A stretch of DNA of 64,000 bases from Candidatus Latescibacterota bacterium. Its GTDB lineage: Bacteria; Krumholzibacteriota; Krumholzibacteriia; WVZY01; JAKEHA01. The notes beneath the pieces are model-generated. The model saw nothing but the letters and a program-made list of their open reading frames with translations, was not told where the DNA came from and did no database searches. Below are positions 52,435 to 62,545 of this stretch, one piece after another. The DNA lies in NCBI GenBank assembly GCA_963707635.1, contig OY970173.1:1504001-1568000 (forward strand), written 5' to 3'. How positions within the stretch are numbered: position 1 is the first letter of the stretch; each line of letters begins with the position of its first letter. A program made the position numbers and the translations under genes.

Positions 52435-54315
52435 GTGCGCGGCGGCCCGAGGCTACCCGACCCCCCGGGAGGCGGGAAGCGGAATCGCGCGCTTCCCGCG
52501 ATGCTCGTGGCCCTCGCCTCGCTCGCGGCGTCGTCCGCGAGCCGCGCGGCCGACCCGTGGCACGTCGACCCCGTCCCCGAAGTGCGGGCCATCTGCCACG
52601 CGGGGGATGCGCTCTGGGTCGGCACGTCTGCCGGCGTGTTCGTGCTCGACATCCGCACCGGCACGCTCGTCGACCATGTCGTCGCGGGTCCGCGCCTCCC
52701 GTCGGCGTCTGTCCGCGCGATCGCGGCGCGCAGCGACAGCGTGTTCGTGGGGACCGACGCCGGCCTGGCGTGCCTGGTCGGTGGCGCGGCCACGGTGTGG
52801 ACGCCGCGCGCGCCGGGCAAGCTCAAGGCCATCTCGCTCGCCCGGATTCACGACATTTCCTTCGGCGCCAACGGCGACTGGCTCGTGTCCAGCGGCGGTG
52901 GCGGGCTCGGCGTGGTCACGCGCACCGGGGCGTACGCGTTCACGCGCCGGGACTCGCTGCCCGCCGACAACGTCTACGGCGTGATGGAACGGCGCGACGG
53001 TGTGCGCTGGATCGCCACCACCGCGGGGTTGTGCGCGCGCATGAACGACACGACGCTGGTGTCGTTTCAGGCGGGCGCCGGCATTCCCCGCGGCGAAATC
53101 CGCCGCATCGTCGGCAGCGATCGCACCGCCTACCTGCTCGTTTCCGGCCGCGGGGTGTTTCGCTTCGACGGCATGCACGCGACCGCCGTGGAAGCCCCGT
53201 CGGACATTCCCTTGCGCGACGCCGTGTCGCTGTCCTACGGCGCCGACGCGTCGCTGTGGGCGGTGGGCGGGAATTGGATTGCGGTGTCGCGCGCGGGCAA
53301 GTGGTCTCGGGTCGGTGTTTCCTCCCGCGACGAGCGGGAATCGTGGCGCGTGGTGGTGGCCGACGGCGCCGGCGCCTTCGTCGGTTCGTCGCGTGGAGTG
53401 GTGCTCGCGATCGGACGCGGCGGCGCGCTTCGCGCCGAACTCCCGGGGCTCCTGCCGTCGTCGCAGGTCGGCTCGATCTGCACGGACGGCCGCGACGGCG
53501 CCTGGTTCGTCAGCGGCGGCTCGGTGGTGCACGGAGACGTCCGGACACGCGAGGTGCGCGTGGACCGGTCGCCGCCGGCGGCGCAGTCGCTCGCCGTTCT
53601 GCGCTCGGGGGCGGTGGTGTCGGCGGGCCGCTGGACCGTCCGCCGGTTCGAGGACGGGAAGTGGACGGACCTTCGCCCCGACGTTCCCGAAGCCGACCCG
53701 GCCTTCACCGTGGCGCGCGCGGGGGATCGCGACGAGTTGTGGGTGGGGACGCGCGCCGGCTCGCTGTATCGCTACGACGGCGAGGTGTGGCTGCGGATCG
53801 CGCGGGCCGACGAGCGCGTCGGCGACGGCGCGGTTCTCGACGCATTCATCTCCCCGCCGGGCGACGTGTGGGGACGGGTCGGAGTAACGGCGGCCCTGGC
53901 GCGGGCGGGCTACTGGGAACGGCCCGCCGGCATCGATTCGACGGCGACCATCGTGGACGTGGCGAGGTCTCCCGCCGGGGACTGGATCGCCGTGACCCCG
54001 CGTGCGCTCCTGCGCATGGACGCGGAGCGGCGGCGGTGGGATCCGGTGACGCCCGTGGAGCTGGTGGGTGGAGCACGCGGGCGCGACGAGCCCCGCGGGC
54101 GGTTCACGGCGGCTGCGTTCGGCGGCGCCGGTTCGTTGTTCCTGGGGACCACCGAAGGCGTCACCCGGGTGACGCGCGAGGGGTTCTTGTGGATGGGCCC
54201 CGACGCTGGTTTGGCCGGGACCGAAGTCACCGATCTCGCGGCCGACGACCACTACCTGTGGATTGGGTTTGCACAGGAGGGCCTGTCGGTGGTAGCGCTT
54301 GACCCGGTGCGCTGA
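52435..54315 (+). CDS. secreted beta-propeller repeat protein (two-component-regulator-propeller-like)
   Basis: Repeated LWVGT..G, LPS..V.AI, WIAT..GL units; start uncertain (52402, 52435 or 52501). Confidence 0.72.
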   Translation: MRGGPRLPDPPGGGKRNRALPAMLVALASLAASSASRAADPWHVDPVPEVRAICHAGDALWVGTSAGVFVLDIRTGTLVDHVVAGPRLPSASVRAIAARSDSVFVGTDAGLACLVGGAATVWTPRAPGKLKAISLARIHDISFGANGDWLVSSGGGGLGVVTRTGAYAFTRRDSLPADNVYGVMERRDGVRWIATTAGLCARMNDTTLVSFQAGAGIPRGEIRRIVGSDRTAYLLVSGRGVFRFDGMHATAVEAPSDIPLRDAVSLSYGADASLWAVGGNWIAVSRAGKWSRVGVSSRDERESWRVVVADGAGAFVGSSRGVVLAIGRGGALRAELPGLLPSSQVGSICTDGRDGAWFVSGGSVVHGDVRTREVRVDRSPPAAQSLAVLRSGAVVSAGRWTVRRFEDGKWTDLRPDVPEADPAFTVARAGDRDELWVGTRAGSLYRYDGEVWLRIARADERVGDGAVLDAFISPPGDVWGRVGVTAALARAGYWERPAGIDSTATIVDVARSPAGDWIAVTPRALLRMDAERRRWDPVTPVELVGGARGRDEPRGRFTAAAFGGAGSLFLGTTEGVTRVTREGFLWMGPDAGLAGTEVTDLAADDHYLWIGFAQEGLSVVALDPVR

Positions 54316-54496
54316 ATTGACGATGGTTCCGCCTGAAGCGGTGTGCTAAGATTCAAGCAACGCCTCAGTATGGACTGGACGGAGGTCCCCGAGAGCCACT
54401 GACATTGACTCCGAAGAGCGGTACCGGGCTCTTTTGTAGCCCCGGTGTGTCCGCGCGTTCGAGCATCCAATAGATCCGATCGAGGGAGTTGAATCA

Positions 54497-55732
54497 ATGT
54501 GGCAGTTGTTGTTCTGGGGTAGTCTCGGGCTCGTTCTCTACACGTACGTCGGCTACCCGCTCGTTCTCCTCGCCATCAGCCGTACCCGCCGTCGCCGCGA
54601 GCTCCTCGCTCCCGCCGACGTGTCTCCCTCCGTGTGCGTGATCGTCTCCGCCTACAACGAAGAGAAGGTCATCCGCCAGAAGCTCGAGAACACCCTGGCG
54701 CTTGCGTACGACGGTCCGCTCTCTATCGTCGTCGCCTCGGACGGGTCCAGCGACCGGACGGTGGCGATCGCGCGCGAGTACGAGGACCACGGTGTCCACA
54801 TCCATCATTCGCCGCTGCGCCGGGGCAAGAACACGGTGCTCAACGAAGTGGTGCGCGAGCGGCGGGAGGCCATCCTCGTATTCACCGACGGGAACTCGCT
54901 CCTGGCCGAAGACGCCATCACGCGGCTGGTCGAGCGCTTCCGCGCCCCGTCGATCGGGTGCGTGGTCGGCGAGCTCAAGTATTCGCACGACGTCACCTCG
55001 GTCGGCGAGGGCGAGAGTCTCTACTGGCGCTACGAGTCGATGATCAAGATGCTCGAGAGCCGGCTGGAGAGCGTGCTGGTCGCCAACGGCGCCATCTTTT
55101 CGATCCGGCGCGAGCTCTTCCGCGACCTGTTTCCGGACGTCGCCAACGATTTCCAATCGCCGTTCGACGTGGCCAACCAGGGGCGCGGCACGGTCTACGA
55201 ACCCCGCGCGCTGGCGGTCGAGCATTCCACCGAGGTGTGGGGCGAAGAGTTCGAGCGCAAGGTACGGGTGGTGATGCGTGGGATCACCGGGTTTACCCGG
55301 TTGCGCTCGCGCATGCACGGCCTGCGCCTCTGGCAGCTCATCTCGCACAAGCTCATCCGCTGGTGCGTCGGCGGCGCGCTGATCGTCACGTTGGTGGCGA
55401 GCGTCATGCTCGCCGGCCGCGGCTGGTTCTTCGCCGGCTTCCTGGCGCTGCAGGCGGTGTGCTACCTGGCGGCGTTCGGGGGCTGGCTGATGCGCGCCCG
55501 CGAACGCATGCCGCGGGCGCTCTACGTACCCTTCTACTTCACGATGGTCAACTGGGCCGCGCTGGTGGCGATGCTGCGCGTGCTGGTCGGGCGGCGCCAG
55601 GTGGTCTGGGACAAGGCCGAAAGCACGCGTAGCGCGGCCCCGGTCACCCCGGTTCCCGGTTACGCGTCGGGGCCGATCGAGACCGTTGCCGCCGCCGACC
55701 GCGGCGCGCGTCGCCACGTGATAGAGAAGTAA
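54497..55732 (+). CDS. glycosyltransferase family 2 (PgaC/IcaA-like)
   Basis: YTYVGYP, SAYNEE, SDGSSDRT, FTDGN, YWRYE, NGAIFSIRR, NDF, SHKLIRW. Confidence 0.9.
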   Translation: MWQLLFWGSLGLVLYTYVGYPLVLLAISRTRRRRELLAPADVSPSVCVIVSAYNEEKVIRQKLENTLALAYDGPLSIVVASDGSSDRTVAIAREYEDHGVHIHHSPLRRGKNTVLNEVVRERREAILVFTDGNSLLAEDAITRLVERFRAPSIGCVVGELKYSHDVTSVGEGESLYWRYESMIKMLESRLESVLVANGAIFSIRRELFRDLFPDVANDFQSPFDVANQGRGTVYEPRALAVEHSTEVWGEEFERKVRVVMRGITGFTRLRSRMHGLRLWQLISHKLIRWCVGGALIVTLVASVMLAGRGWFFAGFLALQAVCYLAAFGGWLMRARERMPRALYVPFYFTMVNWAALVAMLRVLVGRRQVVWDKAESTRSAAPVTPVPGYASGPIETVAAADRGARRHVIEK

Positions 55733-55743
55733 CCGTCGTCTCC

Positions 55744-56925
55744 ATGCTGTTTTTCTTTCACACGCTGATTCACTGGCGGAAGTTCATCCTCGCGTGCGGC
55801 TTCATCGGCGCCGCGGTGATGGGCGCGGTCAGTTTTGTCCTGCCGCGCTGGTACACGGCGACCACCACCATCTTTCCGCCCGAGCCCACGCTCGCGATCT
55901 CTCCCTACGCGGCGATCGCGCAGCAGCTCTCCGCTCCGCTGCTGGGCCCGGTGGCGACCGGGGCCGCGCCCGAGACCATCTACATCGAAATGCTGAAGAG
56001 CCGCAGCGTGGGGGAGAAGGTGGTCGCCGAGTTCGATCTGATGAGGCGCTACAAAGCTGACCACATAGAGGAGGCGCTGGACGGGCTGCTCTCGCACATG
56101 GGGTTCACGCTGCTCGAGAACGGATTGCTCATCTTCACGTTCGAAGACCGCGACCCGCAGCGGGCGGCCGAGATCGCGAATCGACTGATCGAATTGCTCG
56201 ACGAGACCACGCGCGGGCTCAAGGTGTCGCGCGCGGGCCGCACGCGCGCATTCGTGGAGCGCCAGCTCGCCGAGCGCGAACTGCTGCTTGCCAAAGCCGA
56301 GAACGAGCTCAAGGAGTTTCAACAGACGCACAACACCGTGGACCTGGACGAGCAGCTGCGCTCCGCGATGGACATCATCACCGCGCTGTCGGCGCGTGCG
56401 ATCGCCCTCGAGAGCGAGATGGAGATCATGTCGCATTACACCGCGACCAACTCGGAAGAATACCGCCGCAAGCAGACGGAGTACGACGAGGTGGTGCGGC
56501 AGCTGAGCAAGCTCAAGGTGCACACCAACAGCACCGACGAGGATCTCGTGCGCTCGTATCTCCCCACGCTCCGCGACGTTCCGGAGGTGGCGCTGGAGTA
56601 CCTGCGCCTGCGCCGCACGGTCGAAGTGCAGACCACCGTGTACACGATGCTCGTGAACGAGCACGAGAAGGCGCGTATCGAAGAGGCGCGCGACACGCCG
56701 GTGGTGCAGGTCCTGGACCGCGCGCAGGCGCCCAACCTGCGCAGCCGCCCGAAGCGCAAGCTCCTCGTGATCGTGGGCGCGATGCTCGGGTTGGGGTGGA
56801 GCGCGGTGGTCGCGCTGTTTTCCACCGCGTGGCGTGAGGACCGGGGACATACCGCCACCGTGCGCGAGCTGGTCCAACCCCTGGCGTCGGACTTCGGGCG
56901 CTTCCGCCGGCGCAAGACGCCGTGA
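55744..56925 (+). CDS. polysaccharide chain-length determinant (Wzz/Wzc-N/GumC-like, no kinase domain)
   Basis: Two TMs flanking a coiled coil; Y.ATTTI, LKSR, VQVLDRA..P...SRPKR. Confidence 0.85.
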   Translation: MLFFFHTLIHWRKFILACGFIGAAVMGAVSFVLPRWYTATTTIFPPEPTLAISPYAAIAQQLSAPLLGPVATGAAPETIYIEMLKSRSVGEKVVAEFDLMRRYKADHIEEALDGLLSHMGFTLLENGLLIFTFEDRDPQRAAEIANRLIELLDETTRGLKVSRAGRTRAFVERQLAERELLLAKAENELKEFQQTHNTVDLDEQLRSAMDIITALSARAIALESEMEIMSHYTATNSEEYRRKQTEYDEVVRQLSKLKVHTNSTDEDLVRSYLPTLRDVPEVALEYLRLRRTVEVQTTVYTMLVNEHEKARIEEARDTPVVQVLDRAQAPNLRSRPKRKLLVIVGAMLGLGWSAVVALFSTAWREDRGHTATVRELVQPLASDFGRFRRRKTP

Positions 56926-58325
56926 GTACCGCCGCCGCGCTGCCGTCGCGGCGCGAGCGTTTCCTCCTCGCTGCGCTTTCCCTCTCTCCGCTCGGCGTCT
57001 TCCTCGTCGCGCGCTGGCTGGGCTACGTCAAGCACCTCAAGCTGGCCGGGATCGCGTGCGCCGGGCTCGGCGCCGCCACCGTGCTCTTCCTGCGCCCGCG
57101 CTGGGGGCTTTGGCTGGTGGTCTTCTATGTCTACTCCGGGGTGGGGTTATTTCTTCCGCTCAACATGGCGACTCCGCTGACCACGATCGTCTTCACCGCG
57201 GTTCTGCTCGAACTCGTCCGCCACGGCGACAACCGCCTCGAGGACCCGGTCTTCTGGTACGCCAACGCGCTCTTCCTGCTGGTGGCGCTGCAGTCGATGC
57301 TGTTCGCGCGTGACCCGGCTCTTTCTTTCCGGGAGCTGGGTGGGTACGGCAAGATGCTCCTTGTAACCTATCTGATCGTGCAGCTGGTGCGGACCCCGGA
57401 CGACCTGCGTCGCCTCGCCCAAGCTGTCTTCGCCGGCGCGGTGGCGACGGTGGTCCTGGGAGTCGCGATCATGAAGTTTGGTATCGGACCCGGCGAGGGC
57501 AATTACATTGGCGGGGGGGTGAACATTGTCCGTTTTTCCGGCGCGCACGAGAATCCCAACCGCGCCGCCGCATTCATGTGTTCGGCGCTGCCGCTGGGGC
57601 TGTTTGCGGTGAAGTACTGCCGCAGCCGCCTCCTCCGCGTCGGATACGTAGTTGCGATTCTGGCGCTGATCGTCGGTATCTTCTGGACGTTTTCCCGAAG
57701 CGTCGTGGTCCCTTTCACGGTCGTGCTGGTGTCCGTCGCCGTGCGGGAACTGCGAAGCCGGCGCTCGTGGGTGTCGCTGCTCGCGGTGATCGCGCTCGGC
57801 ATCCTGCTCGCCCCCCGCTACTACTGGGAGCGGGTGTTCGGGCTGCGCGAAGCGTTCGAGTCGACCAGCATCGACTGGTCGGTCTACACGCGCCTGCTCG
57901 CGCTGCGGACCGCCTGGGAACTGTTTCTCGAACACCCGCTCACCGGCATCGGGCTGGGCAATTTCATCGTGGCCTCGGCCTACAAGGTGTTCGTCCGCAT
58001 CGTGGTCCACAACTCGTATCTCGAGATCCTGGTGGGAACCGGTGTGTTCGGGCTCGCCGCATTTCTAGTCGTCCTGTGGTCGGGCGTGCGCCACGCCCTC
58101 GCGGGCGCACGGCACCGGTGGCGCAGCCAGCCCGAATGGACGCGCGCGCTCGCTTTCTATTTCTCCCTCTCGACAATCTCGATGTGCCTGAGCGCGTTCT
58201 TCGGCACGATGCCGTTTCGCTATCCCATGTGGGTGCCCATCGCGGCCGGGCTGGTGATCGGCAATCTGCTGCGCGCCGACCGGCCCCAGCCCGAAAACGG
58301 GAACCCGGCGGCCGCGGGCACGTAG
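56922..58325 (+). CDS. O-antigen polymerase/ligase family protein
   Basis: R.SG..ENPN, TFSRS, HPLTGIGLGNF, HNSYLEILV..G..G. Confidence 0.85.
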   Translation: MSTAAALPSRRERFLLAALSLSPLGVFLVARWLGYVKHLKLAGIACAGLGAATVLFLRPRWGLWLVVFYVYSGVGLFLPLNMATPLTTIVFTAVLLELVRHGDNRLEDPVFWYANALFLLVALQSMLFARDPALSFRELGGYGKMLLVTYLIVQLVRTPDDLRRLAQAVFAGAVATVVLGVAIMKFGIGPGEGNYIGGGVNIVRFSGAHENPNRAAAFMCSALPLGLFAVKYCRSRLLRVGYVVAILALIVGIFWTFSRSVVVPFTVVLVSVAVRELRSRRSWVSLLAVIALGILLAPRYYWERVFGLREAFESTSIDWSVYTRLLALRTAWELFLEHPLTGIGLGNFIVASAYKVFVRIVVHNSYLEILVGTGVFGLAAFLVVLWSGVRHALAGARHRWRSQPEWTRALAFYFSLSTISMCLSAFFGTMPFRYPMWVPIAAGLVIGNLLRADRPQPENGNPAAAGT

Positions 58326-58391
58326 AACCTTCTCGAACGGTGCCAGCAAGCCGCCGAACGAGCTTTTAGAGGGAACAAAGGAGCACGAGCC

Positions 58392-59408
58392 ATGAACGAA
58401 CGAATCGGTGCGACGCCTTTCCGCTCACCCCGTCTCTGGGTCGCGGTGGCCGTCATCGCCGCCTGCGGCGCCGCCACGGCGGCCACGGCCAAAGAGGCGA
58501 AGAGCAAGGATAGCGCGACCAGCAAGCAGAAGAAGGAAACCAAGGTGAAGGGTGAGGGGGGCTACCTGGGAGTGTACATGCAGGAGCTCAACGACAACGT
58601 GCGCAAGGGGCTCGATGTCGACGCCTCGACGCGCGGCGTCCTGGTCAGCGGAGTCGAAGCGGGCAGCCCGGCCGAGAAGGCGGGTATCGAAGAGGGCGAC
58701 ATCATCACGAAGTTCGACGGCCACAAGGTCACGTCGCCGGAGGAGCTGCGCAGCGCCGTGCAGTCTCTCGACCCGGGCGAGGAGGCCACCGTCGAGGTGC
58801 TTCACGACGGGAAGCCGGCGAGCAAGTCGGTGATTGTCGCCGAGCGCGAGCATTCGATGCGGTTCAACTATGAGACCCCCGAAGAGGGAATGTACCCCCA
58901 CGCGATGGACATGGGGCGTGCGTTCGCGTTCTTCGGCGGCCCGCGCCTGGGCGTCCAGGCGCACGAGATCGACGACGACGGGCTCGCCGCCTATTTCGGG
59001 GTCAAGTCGGGCGACGGCGTCCTCGTGCTCGACGTGGAGGAGAATTCGGTGGGGGGCAAGGCCGGTATCCAGGCGGGCGACGTCATTCGCGAGGTGGGGG
59101 ACGAGAAGATCGGCGACGTGGACGACCTGCGCAGCGCGGTGCGCGACTACGACGCCGGCGACGAGTTCACCATCACGGTGTTCCGCCACGGCAAGAACCA
59201 GTCGCTGAAGGCGACCATGGACGAGGACAGCGACCAGGCGTTCTATCTCCCGCCCAACGCGCGCTGGTACGGCCATCAAGGCACACCTGCGCCGCGCGTG
59301 CGCGTGTATAACCGCCAGCGCATGCAGCAGGACCTCCGGGAGGAGTTGGACGACCTGAAGCAGGAAATGCAGGAGCTCAAGGAGAAGCTCGATCGCCAGG
59401 ACGGCTGA
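58392..59408 (+). CDS. secreted tandem-PDZ domain protein without a protease domain
   Basis: GYLGV...GVLV..V..GSPAEKAGI..GDII and RLGV...GVLV..V......KAGI..GDVI; C-terminal coiled coil. Confidence 0.85.
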   Translation: MNERIGATPFRSPRLWVAVAVIAACGAATAATAKEAKSKDSATSKQKKETKVKGEGGYLGVYMQELNDNVRKGLDVDASTRGVLVSGVEAGSPAEKAGIEEGDIITKFDGHKVTSPEELRSAVQSLDPGEEATVEVLHDGKPASKSVIVAEREHSMRFNYETPEEGMYPHAMDMGRAFAFFGGPRLGVQAHEIDDDGLAAYFGVKSGDGVLVLDVEENSVGGKAGIQAGDVIREVGDEKIGDVDDLRSAVRDYDAGDEFTITVFRHGKNQSLKATMDEDSDQAFYLPPNARWYGHQGTPAPRVRVYNRQRMQQDLREELDDLKQEMQELKEKLDRQDG

Positions 59409-59475
59409 ACGAGTCGATCGAGATTCGGCGCGGGCAACCGCTACGAAACCCCAGCGCTGAACGAGGCGGGCGTCG

Positions 59476-60567
59476 TCACATCCGGGTGACGGCGCCCGTT
59501 TTCGTTCCCAGCCGGTGGTAGAGCTCCACCAGCAGGTCGCGCGTGCGATTCGCCGCGAAGCGCTCGCGGATCATCCGCGGTCCCTCGCGGCGCGCGGAAT
59601 CCCGCAGGGTCTCGTCCGTCAATGCGCGGGTGATCGCGTCGGCGAGCCCGGCGGGGGACCCATCGCGCGCGATGGCGCCCGTCACCCCGTCCACGACCAC
59701 CTCGGGCAGGTCCCCGGCGCGCACCGTGGCGACCGGCACGCCGAGGGCGAGCGCCTCCAGGGCTGCGTTCGGGATCCCTTCGTGCACGGACGCCACCACC
59801 AGACAGGCGAACCCGGCGATCAGCGGCGCCGCGTCGTCCACGGCACCCGTGAACTCGACCGCGCCGGCGAGGGCGCCAGCCTCCGCCTGGAGCGGCGCGC
59901 GGCAGGGACCGTCGCCCACCACCACCAACCGTGCGGACGGGACGCGTTCGCGGACCACGGCCATCGCCGCGATCACCGCGTCGAAGCGCTTGAGCGCGAC
60001 CAGCCGCCCGACGCAGCCGACGACGGCGGTGGACGAGCGGGGCGCGGGCGCGTCGACGGCGACGACGTTCGGCACGAACACGAGGCGAGTCTCGGGCAGG
60101 CCCACATTCGCCGTGAGATAGCGGTGACCCGCCCGCGAATTGACCGTCACCGCGTCGGCGTGGCGCAGCATCCAGCGCAGCACGCGCGCGCGCGGCCCGT
60201 GGACGTCGAGGCGATCGCTGCGCAGAGACAGCACCACCGGGGTGCGCAGCGCCCGCGCGGCGATGAACGCATACGCGTTCGAGGCGGCCAGTATGCCGTG
60301 GACGACGTCGGGGCGCGATGCGCGCAGCGAGCGCACCAGCGCCCACAGCCGCGCCGGTTCGAGTCCGGAACGGCGTGGCAGGACGGTCACAGCCACCCCG
60401 CCGGCCGCGAGCCGGCGCGCGTACGGCTCGATCGAAGACGACAGCGAGACCACGTGCACCTCGACGCGGCCGGCGAGGGCGGCAGCGGTGAGCCAGAGTT
60501 GACGCTGGGCGCCGCCGTGCCCGAGGTCGTCGATCACGAAGGTGACGCGCGGGAGGCGCGATGACAT
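59476..60567 (-). CDS. glycosyltransferase family 4
   Basis: LGHGGAQRQ, VGRLVALK, VGDG, HEGIPNAALEA. Confidence 0.88.
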   Translation of the reverse strand: MSSRLPRVTFVIDDLGHGGAQRQLWLTAAALAGRVEVHVVSLSSSIEPYARRLAAGGVAVTVLPRRSGLEPARLWALVRSLRASRPDVVHGILAASNAYAFIAARALRTPVVLSLRSDRLDVHGPRARVLRWMLRHADAVTVNSRAGHRYLTANVGLPETRLVFVPNVVAVDAPAPRSSTAVVGCVGRLVALKRFDAVIAAMAVVRERVPSARLVVVGDGPCRAPLQAEAGALAGAVEFTGAVDDAAPLIAGFACLVVASVHEGIPNAALEALALGVPVATVRAGDLPEVVVDGVTGAIARDGSPAGLADAITRALTDETLRDSARREGPRMIRERFAANRTRDLLVELYHRLGTKTGAVTRM

Positions 60568-60642
60568 GGGCCCCATTCTATGCGACCCGGGCGCGTGCGC
60601 TCACCACAAAAGAGTTGGGGCGGGAGGGCGCGCGTGCTAAGG

Positions 60643-61791
60643 ATGAGCGATATGCAGGTGGTGTGGTTCGCGGAAATCAAGTGGGACTATCTGCGCACGC
60701 GCAAGCACCAGCTGATCCGGCGCCGGCCGCGCGGGGTCGACGTGGTCTACTTCGAGCCCTACGCGCGCGGGCGCGAGAACCGCTACGGGCTGCGCGACGA
60801 GGACGGCGTGCGCGTGGCGACGGTGCCGTTCGTGAAGTCGGCCCCGCCCGGCCCCGCGCGGCTCCTGCTCGACCTCCCCGCCGTGCGCCGCGTCGTCGAC
60901 GCGGTGGTGACCCGCCGCGTCCGCGGACACTTCGCGGCCGCGGGAGTCCAGCCGGCGCAGTCGGTGTTCGTGCTCTCCAATGTGTTCGCGGTCCGGGTCG
61001 CCGCCGGGTTCTCGCCCTCCGCGTTGGTCTACGACTGCAACGACGCGCACGCCGCCTTCCCGGGGATGCCCCGCTGGACGCGGGACTACCAGCTCGAGAG
61101 CTTCCGCCGCGCCGACCGCGTGATCGTGAGTTCGCGCGCGCTGCGCGCGGACGCCGTGGATGCGCGCGGTTCCGACGCCAACGTGCACTTCGTCGGCAAC
61201 GGGGTCGACCTGGGAATATTTCGAGCTCCCCTCGCGCCGCCCCTGCCCGCGCCGGACGCGGTGCGGGTTGGCTACCTCGGCGCGGTCGGGCCGTGGTTCG
61301 ATTTCGACCTGATGGAAGCGCTGGCGCGAATGCGCCCCCGGTGGCGGGTGGTAATCGTCGGCCCGGTCCTCGCCGGCGTCGAGTCCCGGGTCGCGCGCCT
61401 CGCGGCGCTTCCCAACCTGACGATCGAACCCGCGGTGGCGCACGAGGAAGTTCCGCGCGTGCTCGCCGGGTTCACGGTCGGGACCATTCCATTCCAGCGC
61501 ACGCCGCTGACCGCCGGCGTCAACCCGAACAAGCTCTACGAATACCTGGCGGCGGGCGTGCCGGTGGTGTCGACGCCGTTTTCCGCCGATCTCGAGGCCG
61601 GCCCCGCGGTCGCGCTGGCGGTGGACGCCGGCGCGTTCGTGGCCGCGTGCGAGGCGTTCGCGGCGGCGCGCGCCGATGCGCCGCGCCGCGCCGAGCTTGC
61701 TGCAGGTGCTGCCGGCGAAGCGGCCAGGCACGACTGGGACGCCATCGCGGCCGATTTCTGGCGCCGCGTGCTGCCGGGAGCCGCCGCGTGA
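60643..61791 (+). CDS. GT-B glycosyltransferase (TuaH-like)
   Basis: RKHQL, VYDCND, NGVD, GYLGA...WFD, PNKLYEYLAAG.PVVST; start could be 60652. Confidence 0.85.
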   Translation: MSDMQVVWFAEIKWDYLRTRKHQLIRRRPRGVDVVYFEPYARGRENRYGLRDEDGVRVATVPFVKSAPPGPARLLLDLPAVRRVVDAVVTRRVRGHFAAAGVQPAQSVFVLSNVFAVRVAAGFSPSALVYDCNDAHAAFPGMPRWTRDYQLESFRRADRVIVSSRALRADAVDARGSDANVHFVGNGVDLGIFRAPLAPPLPAPDAVRVGYLGAVGPWFDFDLMEALARMRPRWRVVIVGPVLAGVESRVARLAALPNLTIEPAVAHEEVPRVLAGFTVGTIPFQRTPLTAGVNPNKLYEYLAAGVPVVSTPFSADLEAGPAVALAVDAGAFVAACEAFAAARADAPRRAELAAGAAGEAARHDWDAIAADFWRRVLPGAAA

Positions 61792-61858
61792 CGGGCGCGA
61801 CGGCACGGTGCTACACTCCCGCATTGGGCCCGCGAGCCCGCCGACAAGAGGAGGCGAG

Positions 61859-62545
61859 ATGAACTTCCTGAACCGTTTCGTCTGGATTTTCGTGTCTCCG
61901 GCGCGTGTCTTCGACGACATCAAGGAGCACCGCGTGCGGTGGGTACAGCCGTACCTGGTCGTATCGGTCCTGACCATGCTGGTCACGTGGCTGTCGATGC
62001 CCGTGCAACGCGTCCTGATCGAGATCAACGCCAACGATCTCACCGCCGAGCAGGTGGACAAGCAGCTCGAGATGATGGACAAATTCGGGTTCATCCAGTT
62101 GATTCTGGTCCCGGCGGGCGTGCTCCTGGTCTCGATGGTCGTGGCCGCGCTGTGCTACATCCTCGTGACCGTCCTCTCCCGCACCGCCACCTTCAAGCAG
62201 TTCTTCACGCTGACGCTGTTCACCAGCGTGGTGAGCACGACCGGGCAGCTGCTCTCGACCATCATCGTGCGTGCGCGCGGGCTGGAGCGGATCGTGGAGG
62301 CCAGGGACGCGCAGATGGCGCTCTCGCTCAAGGTGCTCGCGCCGGAGAACAGCGCCGCGCTGCGGGGGTTCCTGGGGAGCTTCGAGTTCTTCGCGTGCTG
62401 GGCGTTCGTGCTGGTGGGGATGGGGCTGGTGCGGATCTTCGGCATGAGCCGCGGCGCCGCGATCGCGGCACTCGTCCCCATGTGGATCATCTACGTGGCC
62501 GCGCTCATCGCCAGCGAGATGTTCGGGGGCGGGAGGATGGGCTAG
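61859..62545 (+). CDS. Yip1-like membrane protein
   Basis: IFVSP..VF..I motif, about five TMs; GAGGAGG RBS. Confidence 0.78.
   Translation: MNFLNRFVWIFVSPARVFDDIKEHRVRWVQPYLVVSVLTMLVTWLSMPVQRVLIEINANDLTAEQVDKQLEMMDKFGFIQLILVPAGVLLVSMVVAALCYILVTVLSRTATFKQFFTLTLFTSVVSTTGQLLSTIIVRARGLERIVEARDAQMALSLKVLAPENSAALRGFLGSFEFFACWAFVLVGMGLVRIFGMSRGAAIAALVPMWIIYVAALIASEMFGGGRMG

Noticed and set aside
54317..54415. Fluoride (crcB) riboswitch-like fragments (GATGG...CGCC, TGACTCC)
   Set aside because: Spacing and conserved core do not match, and the downstream gene is a glycosyltransferase
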